Source: Anthoceros angustus (Eukaryota > Plantae > Anthocerotophyta). Taken from it: DNA of 64,000 nt. Positions 10,220 through 20,688 of this stretch are shown here, piece after piece (positions within the stretch are counted from its first letter, which is position 1; the number at the start of each line of letters is the position of its first letter). The position numbers and the translations under genes are program-made. The notes beneath the pieces were generated by a model that did no database searches, was not told the DNA's origin, and saw only the letters and a program-made list of their open reading frames with translations. The stretch is from contig MU008169.1 in the NCBI GenBank assembly GCA_010909165.1, forward strand, positions 1,798,001 through 1,862,000, given 5' to 3'.

Positions 10220-13200
10220 CTAGTAAATATGGAGAAGCTTGAGGGCGGAATTACGCGCGAAGTGTTCTTCATCAGCCTGAACATTTTGACACCGCAATTA
10301 GGTGCTCAGCATGAATCGAACAGTCCGCGCTAGCTCACAGGTGAGGAAGAGAGGCTTTACCAGACGACTGGCACACGCAGCAGTAACCAACGGGATGCCA
10401 AGCAGCTCCTTCAAGATGTCATCCTCCTGCAAGCATTGGACGGATTCTGATACCTTGGTTGGCAACCTCGGCACCGTGCCCTTTTCCAGCTCCGCAGGAT
10501 TTACCTCTGGCACAGGGCATAGCAGAGTTAAGCACAAAAAATCCATTCCTTCACAGTGCAGCTGGACTGCAGGGAATGCAGAGGCTAAGCACTAACCAGT
10601 CGGAGGTGGTAACTGCAGCTCCTTCCTCAGCCCGTCAATCCCCGCTGCCAGGACCGCTGCGAGGCCCAGATGAGGATTAGCACAACCATCGAAGGCCTTA
10701 AGCTCGAAGTTGCTCACAACTTTGTTTGGGACACCAGGAGGGCTGGCTGTCCGTAAAGGTGATTCTCGGTTCTCGTATCCCCAGACTTGGAATGCTCCAC
10801 TCCAACAATTAGGTTGAATGCGCTTATAACTGATACGATCATGACGCAGGTTAGGGCTCCTATCGGGACAGGCGTCAGGACAGAGATGTGCACTCACTGT
10901 AATGCCTTACCTTAAGGGATGAGGAGCAGTGAAGGCTAAGATGGCAGGCAGATGGTGATAAACTCCTGCTAAAAAGTGCTCGCCAGTCTTTGACATTCCA
11001 TGGGTTGATTCTGAATCTCCTGAAAAAACGTTTTTGCCCTCTTTCCAAACGCTTAAGTGGACATGACCACCACTTCCAGCACTCGATAAGTCGAAAGGCA
11101 GCCTGGATCACTAGATGTTAGAACGCCAGATGAAGCAGCTAGTAAGCCTGAACTTTACAAATCAGAGATGCCACACTCACTTGGGCAGAAAGGTTGCGAG
11201 ATAGTCGTTTCGGTGGCTAATCGCAACTATGGCCTCCCGAGCAAGCAGCAAGTTGTCAGCTGCCAATAGTGCAGGTGCATGGGGGAAGGCGATTTCAAAC
11301 TGCCCACCACCTGATTCAGCGTGGTGCTACAGCACCAAGATCCGACACCATAAGTATTCTTAAGGGATGGAATGGCGGTATAGCAGAGAGAAACGTCAGC
11401 AGGGTAACAGCAGGTCTACCTGTTCAACTGGGATGCGTAGCTGACCCAATGTATCAACAATCTCCGAGAGAACATCCGCTTTTGCACTATAGCCATTACT
11501 AGAACAATACGGGGTCACGTCTACCCCCTTCCACCCTTCGGGTCTGAAATAAGTAGGAAACATACATCAGAAGAGAATATCCTCACCACATCAACTTAAG
11601 AAACCACAACAACTTTAAATGTGATAATACCTATCAGTCTTCTCCAAGAGATAGAACTCGCTCTCGAACCCGACTTCTAGGGACTGCCGATCGATATACC
11701 ACAGCAAACACGAAGAGTAGGATTATGGACCTTTAGAACAGATAGAAGATTACATCGAAGGCTCATGGCAGGAACTTTAAAAAAAGTGGAGTGGTATTAT
11801 GGATTTCTGAACATGCCGCAGGAAGGGAAACCTAATTTTCTCACTTACCAGACCAAATTCCTTGTCCAAAACATTCAGAAGGCGGCGTAGAGTGCTTCTA
11901 GGACAGTATTCCCAGGGGATCCCGGGTATCACATGCATGTCAACAAGTACAAATGCATGTGTCGCCCAAGTCCTGTAAGTCACATAAACCCTCGTAAGCT
12001 CCAAGATGACCAAGCTCGTTTGAAAACACCTCATTCGTACAAGGCTCAACTGTTTGTTCCAATCTATATGAAAAGAACAGATCTGAAAGAAACAGCACCA
12101 GGGGATCCGACGCTCAGTTGTTCTATCAGGAATCAGGCGAATCTCCCCAACTTCATTGAGTCCTGAGTTTTTTGCAGGAGAATCTGTGCCCGATGACATA
12201 GCCATGATACATTTGGCTAAACCAACACCATTCTCGAGGACTACTGATTCGTACCTTGCTGTAGGGACCACCTGCAAGTGTGAAAACACAATGAATCTTG
12301 TGCGGAAAAAGAAATCGCGCAGTGCTCCCAAAAGACAGCAACACCACAATATCTCCACCTACTCTGCATCGTCTGATCCCAGCCACATCTGCCCATAGTA
12401 ACCGGTAATGAGCAATGTCTTGCCCCTGGCTGGGACAGGGATCAACTTCGTCAGGAACTGTTTCAGCTTCAACTACAGATACTGCCTTGCTCTTGTGTGT
12501 GAAATTTGCAGTGTCTGCATCGAGCCTGTAAAAGGTCAAGGCGTTGGCCTGTAGGATACCACGAGCTGCAGCAACAGCGTCATCTTCTGATATGTCTCCA
12601 TCACTAAAAGCTTCACACAGAACTTGTGACAGGATATTTCTTGCCCACTTAGCACCTGCAACACCACACTCAATAGCCTGTAAAAATTCCTCCGCAAAAT
12701 CATTCATTGCAACTTTTCAGGCGTTTCTTTTCCAAGATCGGCCACTTCTGGAGAGACTAGGAATACCCGAGTACAAAAACGACAATCCAAATATCTCTCA
12801 CCTAAGTAGTACGTCTCCGGAAAAGCATATCCATCTGTGCTAAACATCACCTGAACAATTTGGCGACGAGATCAGATTGCACTTCCAAGAGCTACTTGTC
12901 AGTTGTCCTATGGTAGGAAAATGTATTCCGATCATTTACGGGGAGAGCACTTCACTACCTTATTCAGAGGTGCAAGCTCGAACAGCTCGACGATGGCTGA
13001 TTTCATACCCCGAACACTAAGCTTAGGAACTGCGAGCCCAAAGTCTAGATGAACCTGCGAAAGAGGAGCACAAAGCTTAGAAGGTGCAATAAAATTCTGG
13101 TTTAGGTTCACGTCAGAAAAATTCTCACCTGAGGATAAACGTTTGAAAGGTAAGCTGCTTCCCGCATGTACGGATAGGATGCATGCAATAAGACCACGCG

Positions 13201-14621
13201 ACTGGTAGCGAATCGTTTATCCTCTAGCACTGCTCGCAAGTGAAGAGGATTCGCCAATTTCAAATCCAGATCCCTGTCCCCAAAACTGATCACACCGAAC
13301 AAGGTCAGGCATGACTTGCCAAAATGGCGTCGAACTGGCAAGGAACTTCGGCTAGCCTGACAAGTCCTGGACAATCGTACCCCGTGTGTATCTGCATTGG
13401 TAGCTCCTTCAGGGTGGCAAGCTCCAAGGCTCTTGTAAAGAGAAAATTGAGAAGGCTCCTGTTCTCCAACCTGTAAGGCTTCTTCTTTTCTGCAGGCCAA
13501 TCACATGCATCAGCTTCAAACAAGTGGCTTCAATCGCTTGCAATGCATTTCAAGGTTGCTACTTACTTATCTCTTCCATCAGTCCTTCCTCGGCAGCTCG
13601 ATCAGACACCGCCGGATCAATATCAAGGCCACTTCGATAAGCTGCAATGCTTTTGAATCCAACGACACCAGAAGAGAAGGTGTGATGGGAATCAAGGAAC
13701 ACAACTAGTAAGGGCTTGTCAACCTCTATCCTGAAACCATACAGCGCCACACTGTAAAACTGCCAAGCACAACCGTAACAGTGGATATGATCTGAGCGCT
13801 TCCACGAACCGTTCCTCAAAGCTGTTTAGCGTCCAAGTTACACCGGTATGAGGCGGACCCTGTCGCAACGAGCAAGTAAGAGCCACAACGATTCAATCTC
13901 GAACCAGACCAGCTCCAATTGTTGCTCACAACGCAAGACCTGCCAAGAAAACACTACACTCCACTCTCCACCTTGTTCAGAATGTCCTCAGCCAGCGTCT
14001 CGATTCGGACCACCCTGTGAACCCCATAGATATACTTCTTATGCCAGGACAAGTCCTTCATCTTATCCAGCGGCAGACCATCATCCAGGAGGAGTGTGCA
14101 AATGTTTGCAGCATCGAAACATCGCTCACAGAGGGAATTCAGCCCCTCAGCTTTCCGGTGTCCTTCAATGCTCTCCAAATTAGCCTCGACGCCGTACAAT
14201 CCGGCAATGTCGTTCACGCTCCTCTAGAATTCAGCAAAAAACAATGCACACGCACATGCAATGAGCTTACAGGAAAAGCTCGCGAACTCCGCCTGCAGAC
14301 ATTGAGCTGAAATTACACCCGCCAGGTCTCCTCCAGAACAGAACCAAACCAAACCGTTCCTCCAACTCGTCACCGCAGCAAAGCGGTAGGCCGTCAAATT
14401 CAGCTCAAACGCAGCCAGCGAGAAGGTCATCAGCGCACCTTGAAAGGCAGCGTGTGCGGGATGGCCCGGAGGGCCGGGCCCTCGGCCTCAGCGAACGCCT
14501 GGAGGAAGGGGATGGAGGAGTCGAGATCCACCACATTGTGGCCGTGCCCGTCCACAAGCGGAGTGCTCTCCACCACGGATCGAATGTGCGCGTGCACCGC
14601 CTCCATGTCCTTTCCTGCCAT
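10220..14621 (-). CDS. NodGS: Nodulin/glutamine synthetase-like protein (NodGS / FluG-like: amidohydrolase plus GSI-like domain), multi-exon
   Basis: N-terminal TPLVDGHGHN, VHRVVRIETLAE, LPMQIHTGFGDRDLDL..ANPLHLR, VVLLHASYPYMREAAYL..VYPQV; GS part RLLWAD..GIRRCRV, GEIRLIPD, YDRIQPNCWSGA...WG.ENRESPLR, NFELKAFDGCANPHLGLAA; last exon ADEEHFARNSALKLLHIY* with stop at 10220-10222. Confidence 0.92.
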
Positions 14622-15064
14622 GGCTCTGGCGCTGCGATGGAGAATGGAGAAACGGAGGTCGGCAACAGTCTTCAGTCGTGAAAGATAATCGCCTCAGCGC
14701 CACTCCAACACACCACGTGGCACGACCAACTTCGAATACGTATCGCGACTGCCTCGCATCCCGGCTCACAAAGAGTATAGCCCACCTACCATCCCCGGTT
14801 TTATCGAGCCTCCAGAATATTCCTCGTACGGCACAGCTCATCGTCCTCTCATCCGATCCGTCTCGCCAGAGTTTCCCGTCCTTCACTCCGTAGACTCGAG
14901 GTCTTTGGGTAAAGACGATCCATGGCTCCATGGGATGAAGCGAAGCCAAATCCTGCCACCAATAAAATGTTCTTATTCTTGCATTGATTATGCTTTTTTA
15001 TTCCATGGAAATTTTAAAAAGTCAGTATTGTATACTTTTGGCGCCTTTCACAAGTCAAGCACCT

Positions 15065-15156
15065 GGTCAGGAACAAATATTATACAACGGGGAGTCGGGA
15101 GGAAGAAATTGTATAGAATTGGGCCAGTCGTGAGGAAGAAATATTATAGAATTGGG
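15065..15156. repeat. Three degenerate ~30-33 bp tandem units upstream of the LRR-RLK start
   Basis: AGTCG.GAGGAAGAAAT..TATAGAATTGGG at 15093 and 15126, plus a more decayed GGTCAGGAACAAATATTATACAACGGG at 15065. Confidence 0.6.
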
Positions 15157-15193
15157 TGATGCACGGAAGCAGGTGATATGCTGCAACACTTGT

Positions 15194-17800
15194 ATGGCAG
15201 GGAATGAAACCGATAGGAAAATGGTGTTGGGCATCAGTTTCGTACAGGCTTTGCTGCTGTCGTCCCTTGTTTTGGTGCTTGGAGTGCGGCATGGAGTTTA
15301 TGGTTTGAACAGGGATGGGCAGATGCTGCTGGAATTCAAAACGTGTATGGTGGATTACAGTGATGAAGCAAACTTGGAGACTTGGAACGAGTCTCACTCT
15401 GATCCCTGCAACTGGTGGGGAGTGACTTGCGCTCCAAATTCTTCCAATGTCTCCCAGCTTAATCTCTATCTGGTGGGTGGTGTACTTGTGCCAGCTTTGG
15501 GTTCTCTTGACAGCCTCCAGATCCTCAACCTCAACAACAACCTGTTCACTGGACCAATTCCTGCAGAACTTGGGAATCTGAGCAACTTGATTGCCTTGGA
15601 CCTTGCTGACAACAGCCTCTCAGGCAGCATTCCCACCGGCATCAGCAGCATGACGAGTCTCAAGGTGCTGTGGCTGTCGTCCAACCGTCTCACAGGCCCC
15701 ATTCCTGATCTGCAGGGTCTGCAGGATCTGCGAGAGCTGGACCTATCAAATAACTTGCTGACGGGCAACATCTCCAATTTTGTGAGTCTGACCAAGCTAT
15801 ATCACCTGGGTGTGGCATTCCTCGGTGCTCTGGCGGGCAATGTTTCTGATTTTAACAGGCTAGTGAACCTCAAGCGCTTGGATGCTTCTGGCAACAATCT
15901 GGGTGGCGGAATTCCTAATCTGGAGGGCTTGAGAAATCTCACCGTGTTGCGCTTGGCTTCCAACGCATTGGTTGGACCGATTCCAGAAGCAATGTGGACA
16001 GAGGTGCAAGAGGAGCTGGACTTGTCAAATAATCAGCTAACTGGCACCATCCCACACACCTGGTTCCAGGATAGCTCGCCCATGCGGAGCGTGAATTTGA
16101 GTCGCAATTCCCTGCATGGTGAGATTCCTGCTAAGGATGTTTGGACAAGCCTGCCCAATCTTATGACTCTGGACTTGAGCAGCAACAAACTCGTCGGCAG
16201 TATGCCACGATGGATCTCAAATGAAGGGGTGCCCAGCTTGACTACCTTATGGCTGCAGAACAACCAGCTCGTGGGCAACCTATCAGACCCGCAGACACTG
16301 GATTTGAGTCTTACGGCAGCCCTAACCGAGCTTCGACTTGGGAGCAACAGCTTCACAGGAAATGTTGGCCCTCATAGCTTCAATCTCCGGATATTGGAGG
16401 TCCTGGATTTGAGCCACAACCAGTTGGTTGGACAGATATCTACAGCCTACAGCAACACATACATGCCCTCCTTGACATGGTTGGATCTCTCTGGCAACCA
16501 GCTGACAGAGGGAGTTCCCCCCGACTTGCTTGCGATGAAGAACCTGGTCTTCCTCAACCTGTCATACAATCATATGACTGGTCCTCTTCCCCCCATGCTC
16601 CACCAGTTCCTAAATGCAGCCCTGTTCGCAGGCAACCCTGGCCTCTGTGGACCTCCACTTCCACCCTGCCAGCCGCAAGGTGTGGAGGCCCACATCAACG
16701 ATCTTCCTTCAGCTCCAGCCCCCGCTCCAGGGATCAGCAGCATGACAAGGGCAAGAACCCGCCGCCCTTGGCATCTTCTGGCAACAGCAGGTGGGGTGCT
16801 AGTCCTTGGAGTTGCTTTATGTGGAGTGCTGCTTTGGGGCCCAGGCTGGCCATGGGCCAAGAAACATGTGCAGGACGCAGATTTGGTTGCAGCCATGCAA
16901 GATAAGGAAAGGACTGCTCTCATGTCGCTGAGGGACCTGCGCAAAGCCACAGCAAACTTCTCAGAAAGTTTCAGGATAGGCGAGGGAGGCTGTGGGATGG
17001 TGTACGCAGGCAGACTGAGCGATGGCACAATCGTGGCAATAAAGAAGAGCAAGCGGGAAGCAAGTGACAAGGACAAGCACCAGTTCCTGAACGAGGTGAG
17101 AATCCTGTCCAAGGTGAATCACAGAAACCTGGTGAGGCTCCTGGGCTGCTGCTTGGAGAAGAAGGTGGCTGTGCTGGTGTTCGACTACGTGTCCAACGGC
17201 ACCCTGAGAGAGCACTTGCAGGGAGCAAGAGGAGCCAGGTTGAGCTGGCAGCAACGGCTTCGAGTGGCACTGCAGACGGCAGAGGCCCTCTACTACCTGC
17301 ATTCGGCTGCAGACCCGCCTATCTTCCACCGGGATGTGAAGTCCTCGAACATTCTCCTGGACCAGGAATTGAATGCTAAAGTGGCCGATTTTGGGATCTC
17401 CAAGCTGGCCCCTCTGGAGGCTACCCACATCTCAACACAAGCTGTGCAGGGGACCATGGGGTACATCGACCCGCAGTACTACCAGAGCTTCCAGTTCACT
17501 GGCAAAAGCGACGTATATAGCTTCGGGGTGGTGCTCCTCGAGCTGCTCTCTGCACAAGCACCAGTGGATTTCAGCAGAGGAGGTGCAAATGCAAGCCTAG
17601 CTAAGCTGGCGGTCCCCTTGATCAGGGAAGGACAGGTCAACCACATCCTGGACCCAGCCATTGCAGATGTTTGTGATTCGGCAGAGGGGAAGGACTCCAT
17701 AGACAGTGTAGGAAACCTGGCAATGCAGTGCCTGTGCTTCCATTCAGGTGACAGACCTTCCATGAAAGAAGTTGTGCAAGAGCTACAGAAATTGTTATAG
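15194..17800 (+). CDS. Intronless LRR receptor-like kinase with a WAK/WAKL-type RD kinase domain
   Basis: Signal peptide (ATG 15194 or 15221), LRRNT CNWWGVTC, ~14 plant extracellular LRRs (LxxLxLxxNxLxGxIP), GNPGLCG cap, TM LLATAGGVLVLGVALCGVLLW, kinase IGEGGCG..VAIKK..HRDVKSSNILLD..DFG..GTMGYIDPQY. Confidence 0.95.
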   Translation: MAGNETDRKMVLGISFVQALLLSSLVLVLGVRHGVYGLNRDGQMLLEFKTCMVDYSDEANLETWNESHSDPCNWWGVTCAPNSSNVSQLNLYLVGGVLVPALGSLDSLQILNLNNNLFTGPIPAELGNLSNLIALDLADNSLSGSIPTGISSMTSLKVLWLSSNRLTGPIPDLQGLQDLRELDLSNNLLTGNISNFVSLTKLYHLGVAFLGALAGNVSDFNRLVNLKRLDASGNNLGGGIPNLEGLRNLTVLRLASNALVGPIPEAMWTEVQEELDLSNNQLTGTIPHTWFQDSSPMRSVNLSRNSLHGEIPAKDVWTSLPNLMTLDLSSNKLVGSMPRWISNEGVPSLTTLWLQNNQLVGNLSDPQTLDLSLTAALTELRLGSNSFTGNVGPHSFNLRILEVLDLSHNQLVGQISTAYSNTYMPSLTWLDLSGNQLTEGVPPDLLAMKNLVFLNLSYNHMTGPLPPMLHQFLNAALFAGNPGLCGPPLPPCQPQGVEAHINDLPSAPAPAPGISSMTRARTRRPWHLLATAGGVLVLGVALCGVLLWGPGWPWAKKHVQDADLVAAMQDKERTALMSLRDLRKATANFSESFRIGEGGCGMVYAGRLSDGTIVAIKKSKREASDKDKHQFLNEVRILSKVNHRNLVRLLGCCLEKKVAVLVFDYVSNGTLREHLQGARGARLSWQQRLRVALQTAEALYYLHSAADPPIFHRDVKSSNILLDQELNAKVADFGISKLAPLEATHISTQAVQGTMGYIDPQYYQSFQFTGKSDVYSFGVVLLELLSAQAPVDFSRGGANASLAKLAVPLIREGQVNHILDPAIADVCDSAEGKDSIDSVGNLAMQCLCFHSGDRPSMKEVVQELQKLL

Positions 17801-18687
17801 TACACTTGTCTACATACTATAGGCAGGGTACAGAGTAGAGTCTACTAGTACGCATGCCCCTGTGGCAGCTTCAACAATAGCGGTGTTGAAGGTGCCACAA
17901 GCAGCATGCGTACAGGCCCTCCGGGAGTCCGTAGATGAGACTGGCCAGAGAGATCTACATTGAACTTCCCGGATACCAGTAGATACCAAATCTGTGCTGA
18001 ACAGAACCTGATTCACCAAATCCAGAGCAATGATGCTTGGTGTAGCCTTTGGAGAAGTAAACACTAGCTGGCAAAGTGTGTGCTCTCCATCCCTGCCCTT
18101 GACATACTTGGCAGGAAAACTTGATCCTGCTCACCACTCACTTTCGATTAGGTGAGGCAAAGACAATACAAGGGTTCTTGACACTACTGATGCTACACTG
18201 CACGTTGTTTCATGCATTTCAAACAGGTCTATGTTCCTTGCCTGCAACAGAGCAGCACACAAATGCCAAACTGCAAAAATTCATACCCCGTCCCCAAGCT
18301 ACTGTCGCGAATCTGTGCCAGCATGGGCCCGCAGGCCCACCGTGGCAGAGCCCGATTGATGGAATGGTACAGGATGAAGCAACCAATTGCTTGGCCCACA
18401 CAATCCGTCGGCGAGGCCAGGTGGAACCTGGAATCCTCATCAAGTTTCTCAAATGGGATCTGTACCAAGCTCTGGGATGGAGTCCAACCATGTACACTTG
18501 CTCAACACATCCACGAAGGCACTTACATCAGGCGAGCCCGCACACTCCTGGAGAGGAGGGTAAGACTTCTACAGTAGGCGGCCCCATAAGGCCATGAAAC
18601 TGGAGATGGAAGGCCGATCCACCCCAAAGGTGGGTCACTGGAGTTTCAAACCCCGGTGGTCCAGACATGTAGTACGCGTAGAATTTA

Positions 18688-20321
18688 CGACGGATTTCCG
18701 TCATGGGACTTGGTACTTAACAACTTGCACCATGGTACGCCTAAGCTACTTGCACCAAGGGTATCCATTTCCTTTAGGGACCCCATCTAAGTATCGATCT
18801 TAGCTTAGGATGCTTAATAAGCACGTTCTTATAAATGTGTGTCCATTTGGCCTAAGCCATATGGACAAATCCGTAGACAATTCTCAACTAGAGCATCATC
18901 TTTTAGGAAAATGAATTGAAAAACAAAAATAGATAACAATGAAAACCCTCGTACCAAGTTTTTCACTTGAGCTCGTAAAGATAGAATGAGCCCTTTTGTG
19001 GTAAACGTTGTTCACCACTTTAATGATTTTTTTAAAATATTTTATGTTAGGTGAAATGCGCCTAAGAAAAATAAGCACTTGCACACGGCCAATAGGGCAT
19101 TGAAAACCTGTACTTTTGACAATCAAATCCCTTCAAAAATCACACTACTCAATAATAACACCCATTTTTTGGAAAAAATAAAATGAAAAAACGTCCAAAA
19201 TAAAAAACAATTGTGTAGTTATTTTGCCCTTATATAAAGACAAAGCCCCTTTCTTTGCGGCCAACCTTTAACCAGAAAAGACATGACCTAAGAACGTCGA
19301 AACGCATCCAGAATGCTAGAAGGAGGGTGATGCGATGTCTAAATTCGAGGACTTGTTGTTGCGATTGCACATCGAACCGTACTAGTTCCTTTTGAGCGAG
19401 ATCTATGTGCTTGAACCCGTGATCTCTCTTGCCCAAGCTGTGACATAAAGTCTGAGGCTGCATAGGACCGTAAATATGTTTGCTCGAGGTGAGAGTATGA
19501 AACTTCAAAGCCCCATATCGAACACAAATGTGTGTGTTTGGTAACTAGGAGTATTCGAGGTTTGAAACTTTTCTAATGTCTGGTAACACCTACCTCCTGT
19601 GCCAATTGTGAATGTGAGCCTATCCAGAATCAGGCCAGGTACAGATTTAGAGGATATTAAAATATTTTATTTATATACTCCTAGTTGGAAGGATCCTTGG
19701 ATATGTCAAGTTTTAAGGGATCTTCATAGCACACCTTTATGCAGTAAGTTGTAAGAATGTCACTGAAGGCAAGAGAGCAAACTTTGGTCTAAGGTATTGC
19801 TCAAAGGGCAGGATTGTGAGTCTTAGCGCCACAAATGCAAAAGTGTGAGTCTCATACGACTAGAGGGAAACTGTGTCGCCAAGATTGCGAATCTTGGCAT
19901 GCTGGCAAGATTGCGAGTCTCGACGCTGCTACAGCGTCCGCCGGTGGCGCTGTCGCATGCTGGACGATAGCCACATGGGCTATAGTGTGCACTATAAAGA
20001 TCATACCTCCGTTCTTTGTCTCTTTCCTATGGTTTTTTTTTATCAATATTATTCGTAAGTGTAAAAATAACTTTATGCATAAAGACTACCTATCCAACCT
20101 TCAGAGTTGTTTTTGTTGTGATCGAAATCAAGTGAGGGCATCCATATGTGTGTCCAAATGGCTTAGGCCAAATGGACACACATTTATAAGAACTGACATC
20201 CTGAGCTTAGATCGGTACTTAGATGGGGTGCTTAAAGGGAGTGGATGCCCTAGGTGCAAGTAGCTTAGGCACACCATGGTACAAGTTGTCAAGTACCAAG
20301 TCCCATGACGGAAATCCGTCC
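18688..20321. mobile_element. Non-autonomous TIR DNA element (~1.6 kb, ~180 bp inverted termini, TTA target duplication; PIF/Harbinger-like)
   Basis: 18689-~18870 is the reverse complement of ~20150-20320 (GACGGATTTCCGTCATGGGACTTGGTACTT...GTGTCCATTTGGCCTAAGCCAT). TTA lies at 18685-18687 and 20322-20324. The terminal base is mismatched and no transposase ORF is present inside. Confidence 0.7.
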
Positions 20322-20688
20322 TTAGTGGACTCAAATAAAATTCTTCTTCTTCTTCATATCACAAATACGCCAAAACACGTTTGTAGACGGAGTGAAGGAA
20401 ATATTTGGGGCAGGGAATGTGGGGGTGAAGCGGATAATAGCCCCGAGCGTAGGTACGATACATGGTGAGCAAGGTTGAGAGAGCCGGGCCGGTGGCAGTT
20501 TTGAATATAGAAATCGCTGGTTAGCGGAACGGAGAGCCGTGGGCCTGAGGTGCGCTGCCCTGGCGAGGCCTGCCTTGCGCGGGCAGCAGCATGGGACTCG
20601 AGGGAGCGGCAGGCGGGCACGGGATCCATGTCCGGCGGTGGTGCAGGGCGCGGGGGACGAGCGGCATGGGCCGGCCCAGCGCCTGACC

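Noticed and set aside
18121-18600. Overlapping 80-160 aa ORFs between the RLK and the TIR element
   Set aside because: No motif recognised in any frame; probably intergenic or highly decayed.
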